Virus record (IMG/VR): IMGVR_UViG_3300032050_000004
Location: 124,001-188,000 of that record
DNA: 64,000 nucleotides
Strand: one strand, 5' to 3'
Positions 11,101 through 21,514 of the stretch are shown in pieces. Both the position numbers and the translations under genes were made by a program. The notes beneath the pieces are model-generated. The model made no database searches, was not told the DNA's origin, and saw only the letters and a list, made by a program, of their open reading frames with translations. Position 1 is the first letter of the stretch; each line of letters opens with the position of its first letter.

Positions 11101-13374
11101 CAAGATTTTACTACAATAAAACCATAGATTGCTCCTAACTGTTTCATTTTTTAGACTTGTAACATAATCTGCTGGTGATGATAATTGTGTTTGTGAAACT
11201 AACCTTACTAAATAATCCTCTTTTTGTGCTTGTTCGTATCCAGAAATGGTTTGACCAGTTATTACTGGTAAAATTAAACTATCCAATGATTTATAAGTTG
11301 GCGTGGGAGCATTCACCATTTCCGCATAATTGATAAATACTCCGTATTTTGCTTCAGTTGGTGGATTATATTCTACTTTAAAAAATTGAAAATTCGGATT
11401 TTTTACTTTCTGAGGCATTTGTGTATCAGAAGATGGATCTCCATTTAATTGATCCACATCTAAAGGTGCATTTTTATTTCTAATATATGCAACAATTTCT
11501 GCTTTACCACCCTTATTTAAACATGAGTTTGCACCTGCAGCTTTGCTAGTCAATTTAGCTAATACATCTTTTGGATTATGATACATGACTCCATTCTGAA
11601 ACATGGAAACACAAACTAAACTTTTTGGATCTGAATTCAAAAATATTTCCTTATTTGTGGATGCTAAATCCATTTTTTCAAAATAACTAGCAAAATAATC
11701 TTGATAAGTTAAATTTGGATTATTTTTTGTTTTATCTGTAAATTCCTTTGTAAGTTCTCCTTTGCTATTAAAAATTTGTTTTACTTCCTCTGCAAATGTT
11801 TTTAAAGTTGTTCTGTCAGTTCCTTTTAATTTAAGGACTGCGTCAGAAAAATTTTCATATTCAGCATCTGTTAAGTTTGTTTGAGCTACTGCTAATGTAT
11901 TGAAAGCGTATCCGCAAGATGCTAAGCCTGCCCTTTGTATTAGATTGGTTATTATCTTATCAACACTTTGTCCCAAATATGGATTATTTTTTACGTGTTC
12001 AGCATTCGTTAATCTTTTTGCAATTTTTTCTCCTTCTATTGCAGGTTGGTCAGTAATTGCATTATTTTGATCAGATGCTTCTTGAATTATTGTTTCTGCT
12101 TGTTGTACACCTTCATATAAAGCTTGACAAAAATCTTCAACTTTTTTCAATTCTATTGGTGCCTGTGACCAAGGTTTTTGCTCACCAAATGCAGAAGTTT
12201 GCCCTAAATTATTTTCTTCAATTAAAGGATAATAATTTCCAAAAATTTCGTTGTTTGTAGGTCTTGATGTGTCTGCGTTATAGCCACTAATTCCACCCTC
12301 TAAAATATATCCCAGTATATAAGCACAATCACCAGCGAGTCTGGTCATCACATTATAGATCGTTTGAGTATCAATTAAAATATCTTCAACACTACTGTAA
12401 CCTTGAGCACTTGAGGCTTTGGTTATAGCATTTAAATTTGAAGTTATAATTGTTTTTGCATCTTCTATTTGTTTTTTTCCTTTGTCCGATTGTGTAAAAG
12501 CACTTAATGATGGTATGGTTGATTTAAACTCTATAGTAGTTGGAGAATTTATACTTGCAAGTATAGAATTACCTATTACTTCTAGTGATGAGTCAATTAT
12601 TGTATAATCTTTACCCTTAGGATCTTTTGTGTTAATATTAAATGTGACACCAGTAAATCCAGCAGAAGTCAAAGACTCGTCAGGACTTATTGAATCAAAT
12701 TTAAGTGTCCCCTGATTATAACTAGTTGCTATTGAAGTTGGGTCTCCAGCTAAAATAGTCAAAGTATCTCTTTGTAATTTGTATTTATCTTCTACTTGCT
12801 GTATTTTTTGTTTTATTTCAATTCCATTTTTTGCTATCTCTATGATAGAAGAATTTCCTTCAGAACCTTCAGTATTCTCTCCAAATTTATCTTTCAATTT
12901 TGCTACTGCAAAAAGATATTGATAAGGTATATCTCCAAAAAACCCAAATACATTAGGAATAAATTCGGCTTTTATTTCATAACTACCATCAGAAGATTGA
13001 TAAGTAGTCTTAACAGATTTTACTTGCAATAAAAAATTTACTGGTTTACCAACATAACCTTTTATGTATAAATTAAATTTTGGATATGGTAATTGGAATA
13101 AAATATCAAATTTGAATCTTTCATCTCTGCTATAAACCAAGTTACCATATAAATCTTTAAATGTAATATTTACAACTGGTTGTAAATTTGGTTTTATATC
13201 TATATCTAAACTAGTGATTCCAAATCCTAAATTTTCAGTAAATGCTTGAATTATATAAGTGTTTTTACCTGAAAAATCTTTTTTACCACCGCCAATAGGT
13301 GTAGCTTCAAGATAAAAATCTAGAGTAAGGTCTTGAGGTCTAATATCACTATCAACTGGTACTACTAAAGGCAT
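8155..13374 (-). CDS. Baseplate hub / tail-associated lysin with GH19-like lysozyme and Amidase_2 domains
   Basis: Hub-like region ending SLDILGNAQIFP..GLYWVLEVQHKLTP, then a Gly linker. GH19-like YGETGG..E and FSGRGLIQTTWRSNY follow, then amidase TLHITD/GIHYAVD/GIGIEI/FTDAQ/FAHA/HVDP. Confidence 0.8.
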   Translation of the reverse strand: MPLVVPVDSDIRPQDLTLDFYLEATPIGGGKKDFSGKNTYIIQAFTENLGFGITSLDIDIKPNLQPVVNITFKDLYGNLVYSRDERFKFDILFQLPYPKFNLYIKGYVGKPVNFLLQVKSVKTTYQSSDGSYEIKAEFIPNVFGFFGDIPYQYLFAVAKLKDKFGENTEGSEGNSSIIEIAKNGIEIKQKIQQVEDKYKLQRDTLTILAGDPTSIATSYNQGTLKFDSISPDESLTSAGFTGVTFNINTKDPKGKDYTIIDSSLEVIGNSILASINSPTTIEFKSTIPSLSAFTQSDKGKKQIEDAKTIITSNLNAITKASSAQGYSSVEDILIDTQTIYNVMTRLAGDCAYILGYILEGGISGYNADTSRPTNNEIFGNYYPLIEENNLGQTSAFGEQKPWSQAPIELKKVEDFCQALYEGVQQAETIIQEASDQNNAITDQPAIEGEKIAKRLTNAEHVKNNPYLGQSVDKIITNLIQRAGLASCGYAFNTLAVAQTNLTDAEYENFSDAVLKLKGTDRTTLKTFAEEVKQIFNSKGELTKEFTDKTKNNPNLTYQDYFASYFEKMDLASTNKEIFLNSDPKSLVCVSMFQNGVMYHNPKDVLAKLTSKAAGANSCLNKGGKAEIVAYIRNKNAPLDVDQLNGDPSSDTQMPQKVKNPNFQFFKVEYNPPTEAKYGVFINYAEMVNAPTPTYKSLDSLILPVITGQTISGYEQAQKEDYLVRLVSQTQLSSPADYVTSLKNETVRSNLWFYCSKILNLTSGTEEEQEKRLKDKQEAENKDAVSRGETPTEIVTVGAVEPYSRDDGQINAVYTQFHHICQAWISLATTENSDALPDGTDVNLRTVLEKKYRSTDGTSAFYLNFNYPLVIDNPAVDIRDAIINTDPLLENNTSTSTLNMMQNICQLNNFLLQPIPAGFTSDLKDLFKPQPNIDYSNAVGRNALSIIWAPTPENRLTKNDNSPIYPDKNFLKTLDNLKTDIIAFQFGSPNNVFLKSVKAGTDDNKVTSESLQATSDIVNNQNQNKKKGFDCSMLAVMQGRSYKISLDILGNAQIFPTMNLAIDGLPIFTGLYWVLEVQHKLTPNNMETEISAMKMKIGNGGNFALIMPITKRSVRTITPFGGGGDGGSGGGNFGEGLNIELLKKLKDVKLRNPAEINAVIKTYTSNKYTDFVTWVNAEVVGKASMYNRGKVDSANWNKCWETIIPVTWSEYGTGGINFLEFVCLFCIIYGETGGKFSSVREGMNSLDNGTNPGIAYAYKYNRDYNKTSGDLFSDANFISAHANKPLGNDKNTKNSNDPSWKGTSFPKSLFPSNIKEAARTTPATFINESDFYKFSGRGLIQTTWRSNYEKILTWVLSYTGNDTIVKKYKGIWQAAPYNGNKEIILTRSTNADWDELFSSQILLGQAINIHSGKNRYQYMPALDSSKEELIKAINKVGLTINGAAGIDGEYVSSYRTRVYGLLNALYPQGAPQISSTNTDISASNDGDRINQGTSNECTVVTRGKNKIAIHTGKERQFKKREVRSITLHITDGWGYTGCAQRTCDGVGACDKEFNQGGIHYAVDWTGARVTGIPEDIRSVHGNNWNAHGIGIEICAHFGVKSKGPAGPEQRVVYSNDAVAPVGKASYGGTPNPGYCTLDYKYCGYSEFMEFTDAQITATYNLCTEILGRYPKMKAAIQGKNPYYVWGWNSKPAAGSNVKANKIEYTEFGIFAHAASKGASHVDPPPTPKLIAMLKKLGMTG

Positions 13375-13375
13375 A

Positions 13376-13678
13376 TTATGAATTTCTATTTGCTAATACT
13401 TTATTATTGAATTCTGTGATTACTTCACTTAATGGATTTGGAACTCTTATTACTGCACCATTCGGAATATCAAACTCCATATAATAATTTGGATTAGCTA
13501 ATAATATAATCCAATAAAGAGTATCATCACCATACGCTTCTGATGCTATCCTATCTAATCTAGTCTTATTTGAATTATAAGTTACATATATATCAGTTGT
13601 TCTTTTACTAATTAATATTTTAGGAAAAGATTTCATTTCTCCGTTAAATGCAAGTTGTGAGTATCTTGAGAAAGCCAT
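13376..13678 (-). CDS. LysM-like baseplate wedge protein (gp53 / tail X-like)
   Basis: RLDRIASEAYGDDTLYWIILLANP...IPNGAVIRVP pattern. Confidence 0.8.
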   Translation of the reverse strand: MAFSRYSQLAFNGEMKSFPKILISKRTTDIYVTYNSNKTRLDRIASEAYGDDTLYWIILLANPNYYMEFDIPNGAVIRVPNPLSEVITEFNNKVLANRNS

Positions 13679-13714
13679 TTTTCTAAATTAAATTATGTTT
13701 TTTTAAAATAAATA

Positions 13715-16700
13715 TTATGCAACATTTTCAGTTAGTAGAGGATTTGCTGCTTGATCTAGGTTTTGTGTTATTAGTATATTGTTAGTAGTTGGTGCATTTG
13801 GAGTTACGTCAGAATCTGCTTTTTTAACCTCACCAGTTGCTATATCTTGATCAGGTGTATCATTTAATATTCCAAAGAATCCAGTTTCATCACTTGCCAA
13901 TGGAGGTGCCAAGCTTGGATTGATACTCGCACCATATTTACCAAGCAATTTAAAGCTGAGAGTTACTGAAACCATTAAAGGTTGCACACCATCAGTTACC
14001 AAACCATTTTCTTCTCCAAAACCATCTAACGTCCAACTATTTTCTTTATAATCATAATCTACACTATCAAAAATCACATAGTGATCAACCCAATCTCCTA
14101 ATCTCATTTTACATACTGGGGGATTAGTGAAATTAAATCCTGTTTTTTCTGATGATGATTTGGAAGGTTTAGTCAATTTTTCTAAAAATTTCATTCTGTT
14201 TCTGAAATCAACTTTTGATCCCGAAAAGAATGCTGGTTGAAATAATAAATCTTTTTTCATTCCAGCCAATCTTTGAGTTGTATCTGAAAGAATACTCACT
14301 ACATCACCGTATTGTCCATCAGGAACTCTAGCTGTGTCTAATAAGTTTTTATATACGTTATCAAAACCTTTTCTTTGTTCTGAATATGGATTAGTAGTTG
14401 GTCTAAAAGATTTATCTAAATCATCTATTTTTTGTTGTAGAGATAATTGTTGTTTAATTAAATCATTTTTTTTCTGTTGTAAATCACTAATATCTTGATT
14501 TACTTGATTTGTTTGATTAATTTCTGCAGTAACAACATTAATTTGTTCATCAATATTAATTAATTGTTGTTTTGTGGCTGCAAGTTCAGCATCTACTTGA
14601 TCTTGAGTTCCCAATCCGCTTACTGGTTCATCAAAAACCATAGTATCAGTAAAGTTTTTATCAAATGTTTCTACATATGTTCTGAAATTTTCCCAGTCAA
14701 CTCCCATGTCTACAGTTTGAGCATAATCTGTGAGAACAACAAAAGAAATTGTACCAGATCTGTCACCCTTTGAATAGGTATATAATGACTCAGGTCTTCC
14801 AAGGAATGTATGTTCTGTCCAAGTTGCTTTTGAGTTATGTGAAAACTTTTCTATGTATGGCGGGAAATACATAACTCTATCATTAGCGGTATCCGGTATA
14901 GCCAAGTTTTCAATTGAGAAAATTAAATTTTTAGTAGACGCAGGCCCAGTATAAGGATTTACTATAGTGTATCTTTGTTTTGCTCTTAGTGGAGCACCAA
15001 AATTATCATAACCAATAATGAATTCTTTGTTTGATTGAGATAAATAGTTTTGATTTAATAATGAGTTTTCTCCATTTCTAATAGTGTTTATTATGTTGTG
15101 AACACCTCTTTTTCTTTTTCTAAAATCCACTTCCAATTGTTGTGTTGGAAGTGTTTGTGCCATCATTGAAATATCTGTACCTAATTCATCTGCAGGTGTT
15201 CCTGCTAAACCAATCAAAGGTTTAAGAATTAATTCAGGAGAATTGGAAAGATACAATCCATTATTTGCTACTATTACTTCTATGGGAACAGAGTTTGTTG
15301 CCTCTTTTCTCCCTTTAACCATATTGGCAAAATAATTAGGTATATATGGTGTAGGCGAAAGACCATTCAGTACATAAAATGCATTCCCAATATCACCCCA
15401 TCTTCTTCCCTGAAGACCCATAACATTCATTTCAAGTTGTCTTTGCTGAGCAAAGAAAACCCAATCTCCGTTACCTCTTAAATTTTGATTAAATGCAGGA
15501 CCTAACAAATTCCAATGTGGAAAATCAGTATCAGGGCTATCTAATGTTGCTATAAATTGATTCTTTAGCTTATTAAGTGCTCTAATTATTGCTCCGTTAA
15601 TATCAAGATTTGATACTCCTAAGAAAACGCTGGTCCCTCCAATAAACACATTTGTGCCCAAGGGACTTCCATCCGGATCCGGATTATTTTTTGCTAGTAA
15701 ACTTAATCTGTATGGTTCAGCTTCTTCATCAAGATTTACAAATTGAGGTTGATTACTTGCTAATAAATTATTTCTTTCTTGATCAGCGATTCCTTCTATA
15801 TCAATTATTGTAGCTTGATTGTTTGCTAATAAATTTGCTCTTTGAGGAGCAGCTACTGTATCAAGGTCAATAAATTGAGCAACATTAAATGCTAATAAAT
15901 TTTGTCTTTCAGATTGAGCAACTTGATCAAGATCTATTAATGTTGGTATATTGAATGATAATAAATCTAATCTCTCGACTGCAGCTAATGAATCCAAATC
16001 AATTATACTTGGAACATTGCTGGAAAGCATATTAGTTCTTATGGGTGTTGCTACACTATCTAGATCAATAAACTGTGGTTGATTAAATGCTAATAAATTA
16101 TTTCTTGAACTTATAGCATTAGTATCTAAATCAATAGTTGATGGTTGATTTTTTGAAAGTAAATTATTTCTTTGACTAATAGCTTCGGCATCTAAATCAA
16201 CAAATTGTGGTTGATTAAATGCTAATAAATTAGTTCTTAAACCTTGTGCTTCTGCATCTAAATCAACTAATAAATTTGATACATTTTTAGCTAATAATAA
16301 TAATCTTTCTTGTTGTGCTTGAGAATCTAAATCAATTAGCAAATCAGACGTATTATTTGCTAAAAGACCATATCTTATTGATGTAGCTAAGCTATCTAAA
16401 TCAATGGTTGTTTCTAAATTTTTAGAGAGTTGATCACTTCTGTTTCCGGCTGCTATTTGATCAAGGTCAAATAATCTTTCTACATTAGCATTTAATAACG
16501 ATGTTCTTATTGGAAGAGCTGTTGCATCTAAATCAATTTGTAAAATTCTAGAATTCGCTGCCTCATATTGTTTTCTTATTGGCTCTGCAACTGCATCCAA
16601 ACTTCCAAAAACCGGAATATTGAATGCTAATAAATTTGCTCTTAATGGCACCGCAACCTGATCAAGATCTTGAACTCTTATTGTTTTATTTTTAGCTAAA

Positions 16701-19700
16701 ATATCATCTCTGTTTTCAGCAGCAATTGCATCAAGATTTATTATCTTAATATTTTTATTGCTATTGAGTGCATTTTGTCTTGGCTCGACAGAGATCTGAT
16801 CTAAATCAATAAATTGCGGTTGATTGAAACTTAATAATGTTGTTCGAGATTGTGTTGCTAATCTCTCGATATCAATAATATTTTCAACATTTTTCTGTAA
16901 AATATCTGAACGATTTGCAGCAGCTATTGCATCTAAATTTATGATAGCAATTTCTGCATTTTTCGCTAATAAATCTTTTCTGTAAGGTGCAGCTTCTTTG
17001 TCTAAATCAGGAAATTGAGGTTGATTTTTTTCAGTTAATAATTTTCTTAAAATTTCCGCTTCTGCGTCTAGATTTATGCTAGATGCTATGTTTTTACTTA
17101 AAATGTTATTTCTTTGAACAGTTGCAGTAGCATCTAAATCAATTTGCTTAGTATCATTTTTAGCTAACGTATTAGTTCTAATAGGTAAAGCAATCGTATC
17201 AAGATCAATAAATTGATTTTGGTTGAATGATAATAAACTATTTCTTAAAGGTTCTGCATTAGCATCAAGATCAAATAATGTAATTTCGTTTTTACTTAAT
17301 AAATTCTTTCTTTCCGAACTAGCTAAAATATCTAAATCAATTAAACCATAAACATTTTTAGTAACTAGATTATTTCTAATTTCATTTGCAAGTCTATCTA
17401 GATCTATTACTTTAGTTTCGTTCTTTGATAAAAGTATACTTCTTTCTTGAGAAGCTAAATTATCTAGGTTTATTATTTCATAAACATTTCTTGTAAGTAA
17501 TGTGTTTCTTATCGATAGAGCTAAAGCATCTAAATCAAATTCTTTTATTTGATTTTTTTGAATTAGATCTTCTCTTTGACGTATAGCCAAAGTATCTAAA
17601 TCTATAAATTGAGCTTTATTAAAAGCTAATAATTTATTTCTTAATTTATTTGTATCCTTTTCTAGGTCGACTGGTAAAATTTCATTGAACTTCAATAAAG
17701 ATGTTCTATTAATAGTTGCCAGCTCATCCAGATCAAAAAGTTTATCTAAATTTTTTGATATTAATCTATTTCTGATTTCTGTAGCCTCTGCATCTAAATC
17801 AAATAATTTAAATACATTACTACTTAAAAGCAATTTTCTGTATTGTTCAGAAATTAAATCTAAATTTATTCTTGTTTCAACATTTTTTGATAATAAATCA
17901 TCTCTTTCTTGAGCTGAAATTTTATCAAGATCGATACTTTTACTTTCGTTTTTACTTAATGTTAAAGTTCTGATTTGTAATCCTAACTTATCCAAATCTA
18001 TAGGGGTATCAGAATTAGATGCAAGTAATTTATTTCTAATATCTTTTGCTTCAGCATCTAAATCAAAATATGTTATTTGATTTTTACTAACTAAATTTCT
18101 TCTAATATCTAATGCTAAGGCATCTAGATTGAATAGTTCTTCTACATTTTTATTAAGAAGAGAATTTCTAATGACACCAGCTTGTTCATCAAGTAAACCA
18201 TTTGCTTCAGTATATTTGTTTTTACTGATAAGGTTTTCTCTTTGAACATTTGATATTTTTTCAATATCAATTAAAGCATCGATGTTTTTAGAAATTAATC
18301 TATTTCTGACAGTCAGTGCTTCAAATTCAATATCTATTATTTTACCTTTGTTTTTACTTAATAGATTAGTTCTTGTAATCTCTATCAATTCATCCGTACC
18401 CACAGATGTATATCCGGGATCATTAGATTTTAAAAGGTTTTGTCTATATAAATTTGCAAGTTTATCTAAATCATTTAAAGAAGGTACATTTTTACTTTTT
18501 AATTCTTCTCTGAATTGTGAAGCATAAAGGTCTAGATCTAAACTTGCATATGATATGTTTTTTGAAAGAGAATTGGTTCTTGCTTTTAATGAAATTAAAT
18601 CTAAATTAGCTTCTACTACATCGTTCTTAGCTAATAAATTTCTTCTAATCTCTAAAGCATTAGTGTCTAATGTAGTATCAATTATTTTATTGATATCATA
18701 ATTTTTAGTTAGAAGATTAGTTCTGGTTATTCTAGCAATTGTTTCCAGTTCTTCCGAAAAATCTTCTTTATTTTTAGCTAAAAGATTTTTTCTCGGATTT
18801 AAAGCAATTTCCTCAAGAATTCTATTAAAAGTATCGTCATAATTATTTTTACCCAATAATTGTTCACGATAAGGAATAGCTGCTAAATCTAAATCAATTA
18901 ATTTTTTAAGATTTCTAGTGATAAGTCTTATTCTTTCTGGTGATGCAACTTCATCAAGACTAATATCTCCGAAATTCTGATTTTTAGAGAGTAATGGCAA
19001 TCTTATTTTACTGGATAATTCATCTAATTCACCGTTTGCTTCAGTATAATAATTTTTACTTAATAAATTAGATCTCTGATTTATAGATAAAATATCTATG
19101 TTAATTAAATTACTTACGTTTTTAGCAATTAGACTATTTCTAAGAGGTATTGCTTCCTCATCAATATCTTTATATACTGATTGATTTTTGGCTAGTAATT
19201 CTTTTCTATAGTTTTCTACTTCACTTTCTAAATTTATAGAATTTAAATTCTGATTTGTATTTAAAAGATTTAATCTCTGGATTTTTGCTTGTTCATCAAG
19301 ATCTATTAATTGATTTTGATTTCTTGCAAGTAAATTTTTTCTTAATATTTCAACCTCTTCAAAATTAGATACAATATCTACAAATTGATTATATTTTAAA
19401 ATATTATTTCTTTGTATTTCTCCTAATTTATCTAAATCAATTTCTTTATTTTGATTCTTACTCAATAAATTAAATCTTTGATTTATTGATAAATCATCTA
19501 TTCCAATTAAATTACTTACATTTTTTGAAATAAGCCTATTTCTACTAGATATGGCTTCTTCATCAAGATCAACAGTTTTAGTTTGATTTTTACTTAATAA
19601 ACTTGATCTTATTAGATCACTATTAACATCATTATCCGAAATAATTTCATTTTTACTAAGAAGAGCATTCCTATTATTTTCAGCAAGTTTATCTAAATCA

Positions 19701-21460
19701 AATAATTTTATATTATTTTTATTTATTAGAGATGTCCTTATCTTTTCAGATACTTCATCTATAGAAAATGCATCAATTTGGTTTTTATTTAACGACGCAT
19801 TTCTAAAATCTTTAGCGATACTATCAAGGTCAATTAAATCATTTTGATTTCTTGCTAATAATGATTTTCTTGTATTATCAAAATTTTTATCTGCAGAATC
19901 TATAACTTGATTTTTTGCTACAAGAGTAGTTCTAATTCTATTAGCAATTAATTCTAAATCCTCTCTATTTAAATTTTCGTTTTTAGCTAATAAGTTTAAT
20001 CTTTGAATTATTGAAGATTCGTCAAGTAAGTTGTTTACACCTCCCTCAAAAGTGTTTTTTGAAAGAAGATTGTTCCTAATTTCACTAGCCAATCCTTCTA
20101 TATCAAAAACATTCTTAAGATTTTTACTCAAAATTCTGAGTCTTTCTTTAATAGCAGTTTCTTCTAAAATGTTTCGTTCGGAATTTTCATTTTTAGCCAG
20201 AGTGCTATTTCTTATTATTGCAGAAATATTATCTAATTCACCATTTGCTTCTGTATAGTCATTTCTCTTTAATAAATTTGATCTTTGATTTATAGATAAC
20301 AAATCAATGTTTATTAAATTAGATAAATTCTTGGAAATTAATTTATTTCTTAAGGTTTCTGATTCCTGATCTAGATCCTTAGGGTTGGTTTGATTTTTTG
20401 CTAATAAATTTTTTCTTATCTCTTCCTGATCGGCTAATTCATTCGAAACGTTTTTTGAAATTTGATTGAATTTAAGCTGATAATCTCTATTTTCTTTAGA
20501 TAGTTCATCTAAATCTGTAACTTTATTTTCATTTTTACTAAGTAATGAAAGTCTGTAATTATTATAATCATTACTATTATCTATACTTTCATCATAATAA
20601 TTTTTATTTAGAGTATTATTTCTTATTTCTGAAGCAAGAAGATCAAGATTTATTTCTTCAAAATTATTTTTTGCTAGAAGAAATTGCCTTACTACTGAGA
20701 AATCATTATTTTTTACATTATCAATAATTTGATTTTTTGAAAGCAGACTACTTCTAATTTCTTCGGATGACTTATCAATATCAAAAGAGTTGAAATTACT
20801 ATTTTTTGCTAATAAATTATTTCTTTGAACTTCTGAACTAGAATCTAATATCTGATTAGTTCCTTCGTAATTATTTTTATTTAACAGAGCATTTCGATAA
20901 TTTTCTGCCGCCTTTTCAACATCAGCAATATCAGTCAAATTTCTACTTAATAAATTAAATCTTGTAACATTAGCATATCTTTCTATGCTATCTGGATTGA
21001 CAATTTCATTTTTTGGTAGCAAATTCCTTCTTGCAGCTGCTCCGGTTCTATCTAATTTACCATAAAGCTGAGATTCATTTTTAGCTAAAAGTGATAATCT
21101 GGTCTTTTCAGATAATTCTTCTAGATCTTTATCAGTATTTAATAATATATTTTTTGAAATAAGGGTTTCTCTAATTTCTTTAGAAATTTTATCTGGATCA
21201 ATTATATTATCAACATTTTTTGATAGTAAAACAGACCTTAAATATTGAGAATTTTCATCTAAATTGGCCGAAATAGTTTGATTTCTTGCAAGATTATCCT
21301 TTCTTATCTTGTAAGCGTCGTATAAATTCTTGGGATTAGGTACATTTTTACTTATCAGTATTTGCCTTACTGAATCTGTATAATTACCAAAAAACTCCTC
21401 AAATTTGACCCTTTGTCTATATTCTTCTTCAGACTCAAAAGGAAAATTCTCAATCATCAA
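13715..21460 (-). CDS. Giant repeat protein with C-terminal tube-initiator/baseplate-like (gp48/gp54-like) domain
   Basis: About 1900 aa of 22-25 aa repeats. C-terminal domain has YFPPYIEKFSHNSKATW..FLGRPESLYTYSKGDRSGTISF and PPVCKMRLGDW. Sits between the tape measure and LysM wedge genes. Confidence 0.65.
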   Translation of the reverse strand: MMIENFPFESEEEYRQRVKFEEFFGNYTDSVRQILISKNVPNPKNLYDAYKIRKDNLARNQTISANLDENSQYLRSVLLSKNVDNIIDPDKISKEIRETLISKNILLNTDKDLEELSEKTRLSLLAKNESQLYGKLDRTGAAARRNLLPKNEIVNPDSIERYANVTRFNLLSRNLTDIADVEKAAENYRNALLNKNNYEGTNQILDSSSEVQRNNLLAKNSNFNSFDIDKSSEEIRSSLLSKNQIIDNVKNNDFSVVRQFLLAKNNFEEINLDLLASEIRNNTLNKNYYDESIDNSNDYNNYRLSLLSKNENKVTDLDELSKENRDYQLKFNQISKNVSNELADQEEIRKNLLAKNQTNPKDLDQESETLRNKLISKNLSNLINIDLLSINQRSNLLKRNDYTEANGELDNISAIIRNSTLAKNENSERNILEETAIKERLRILSKNLKNVFDIEGLASEIRNNLLSKNTFEGGVNNLLDESSIIQRLNLLAKNENLNREDLELIANRIRTTLVAKNQVIDSADKNFDNTRKSLLARNQNDLIDLDSIAKDFRNASLNKNQIDAFSIDEVSEKIRTSLINKNNIKLFDLDKLAENNRNALLSKNEIISDNDVNSDLIRSSLLSKNQTKTVDLDEEAISSRNRLISKNVSNLIGIDDLSINQRFNLLSKNQNKEIDLDKLGEIQRNNILKYNQFVDIVSNFEEVEILRKNLLARNQNQLIDLDEQAKIQRLNLLNTNQNLNSINLESEVENYRKELLAKNQSVYKDIDEEAIPLRNSLIAKNVSNLINIDILSINQRSNLLSKNYYTEANGELDELSSKIRLPLLSKNQNFGDISLDEVASPERIRLITRNLKKLIDLDLAAIPYREQLLGKNNYDDTFNRILEEIALNPRKNLLAKNKEDFSEELETIARITRTNLLTKNYDINKIIDTTLDTNALEIRRNLLAKNDVVEANLDLISLKARTNSLSKNISYASLDLDLYASQFREELKSKNVPSLNDLDKLANLYRQNLLKSNDPGYTSVGTDELIEITRTNLLSKNKGKIIDIEFEALTVRNRLISKNIDALIDIEKISNVQRENLISKNKYTEANGLLDEQAGVIRNSLLNKNVEELFNLDALALDIRRNLVSKNQITYFDLDAEAKDIRNKLLASNSDTPIDLDKLGLQIRTLTLSKNESKSIDLDKISAQERDDLLSKNVETRINLDLISEQYRKLLLSSNVFKLFDLDAEATEIRNRLISKNLDKLFDLDELATINRTSLLKFNEILPVDLEKDTNKLRNKLLAFNKAQFIDLDTLAIRQREDLIQKNQIKEFDLDALALSIRNTLLTRNVYEIINLDNLASQERSILLSKNETKVIDLDRLANEIRNNLVTKNVYGLIDLDILASSERKNLLSKNEITLFDLDANAEPLRNSLLSFNQNQFIDLDTIALPIRTNTLAKNDTKQIDLDATATVQRNNILSKNIASSINLDAEAEILRKLLTEKNQPQFPDLDKEAAPYRKDLLAKNAEIAIINLDAIAAANRSDILQKNVENIIDIERLATQSRTTLLSFNQPQFIDLDQISVEPRQNALNSNKNIKIINLDAIAAENRDDILAKNKTIRVQDLDQVAVPLRANLLAFNIPVFGSLDAVAEPIRKQYEAANSRILQIDLDATALPIRTSLLNANVERLFDLDQIAAGNRSDQLSKNLETTIDLDSLATSIRYGLLANNTSDLLIDLDSQAQQERLLLLAKNVSNLLVDLDAEAQGLRTNLLAFNQPQFVDLDAEAISQRNNLLSKNQPSTIDLDTNAISSRNNLLAFNQPQFIDLDSVATPIRTNMLSSNVPSIIDLDSLAAVERLDLLSFNIPTLIDLDQVAQSERQNLLAFNVAQFIDLDTVAAPQRANLLANNQATIIDIEGIADQERNNLLASNQPQFVNLDEEAEPYRLSLLAKNNPDPDGSPLGTNVFIGGTSVFLGVSNLDINGAIIRALNKLKNQFIATLDSPDTDFPHWNLLGPAFNQNLRGNGDWVFFAQQRQLEMNVMGLQGRRWGDIGNAFYVLNGLSPTPYIPNYFANMVKGRKEATNSVPIEVIVANNGLYLSNSPELILKPLIGLAGTPADELGTDISMMAQTLPTQQLEVDFRKRKRGVHNIINTIRNGENSLLNQNYLSQSNKEFIIGYDNFGAPLRAKQRYTIVNPYTGPASTKNLIFSIENLAIPDTANDRVMYFPPYIEKFSHNSKATWTEHTFLGRPESLYTYSKGDRSGTISFVVLTDYAQTVDMGVDWENFRTYVETFDKNFTDTMVFDEPVSGLGTQDQVDAELAATKQQLINIDEQINVVTAEINQTNQVNQDISDLQQKKNDLIKQQLSLQQKIDDLDKSFRPTTNPYSEQRKGFDNVYKNLLDTARVPDGQYGDVVSILSDTTQRLAGMKKDLLFQPAFFSGSKVDFRNRMKFLEKLTKPSKSSSEKTGFNFTNPPVCKMRLGDWVDHYVIFDSVDYDYKENSWTLDGFGEENGLVTDGVQPLMVSVTLSFKLLGKYGASINPSLAPPLASDETGFFGILNDTPDQDIATGEVKKADSDVTPNAPTTNNILITQNLDQAANPLLTENVA
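15690..21350 (-). repeat. Protein-level tandem repeat, consensus IDLDxxAxxxRxxLLxxN, roughly 80 copies
   Basis: For example IDLDSVATPIRTNMLSSNVPSI / IDLDSLAAVERLDLLSFNIPTL / IDLDQVAQSERQNLLAFNVAQF (22-aa period). Copy number estimated from span divided by period. Confidence 0.9.
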
Positions 21461-21514
21461 TTATAGTTTATCAATAAATATAAACTATAAAAAAAAACTC
21501 AATAAATAAATATT

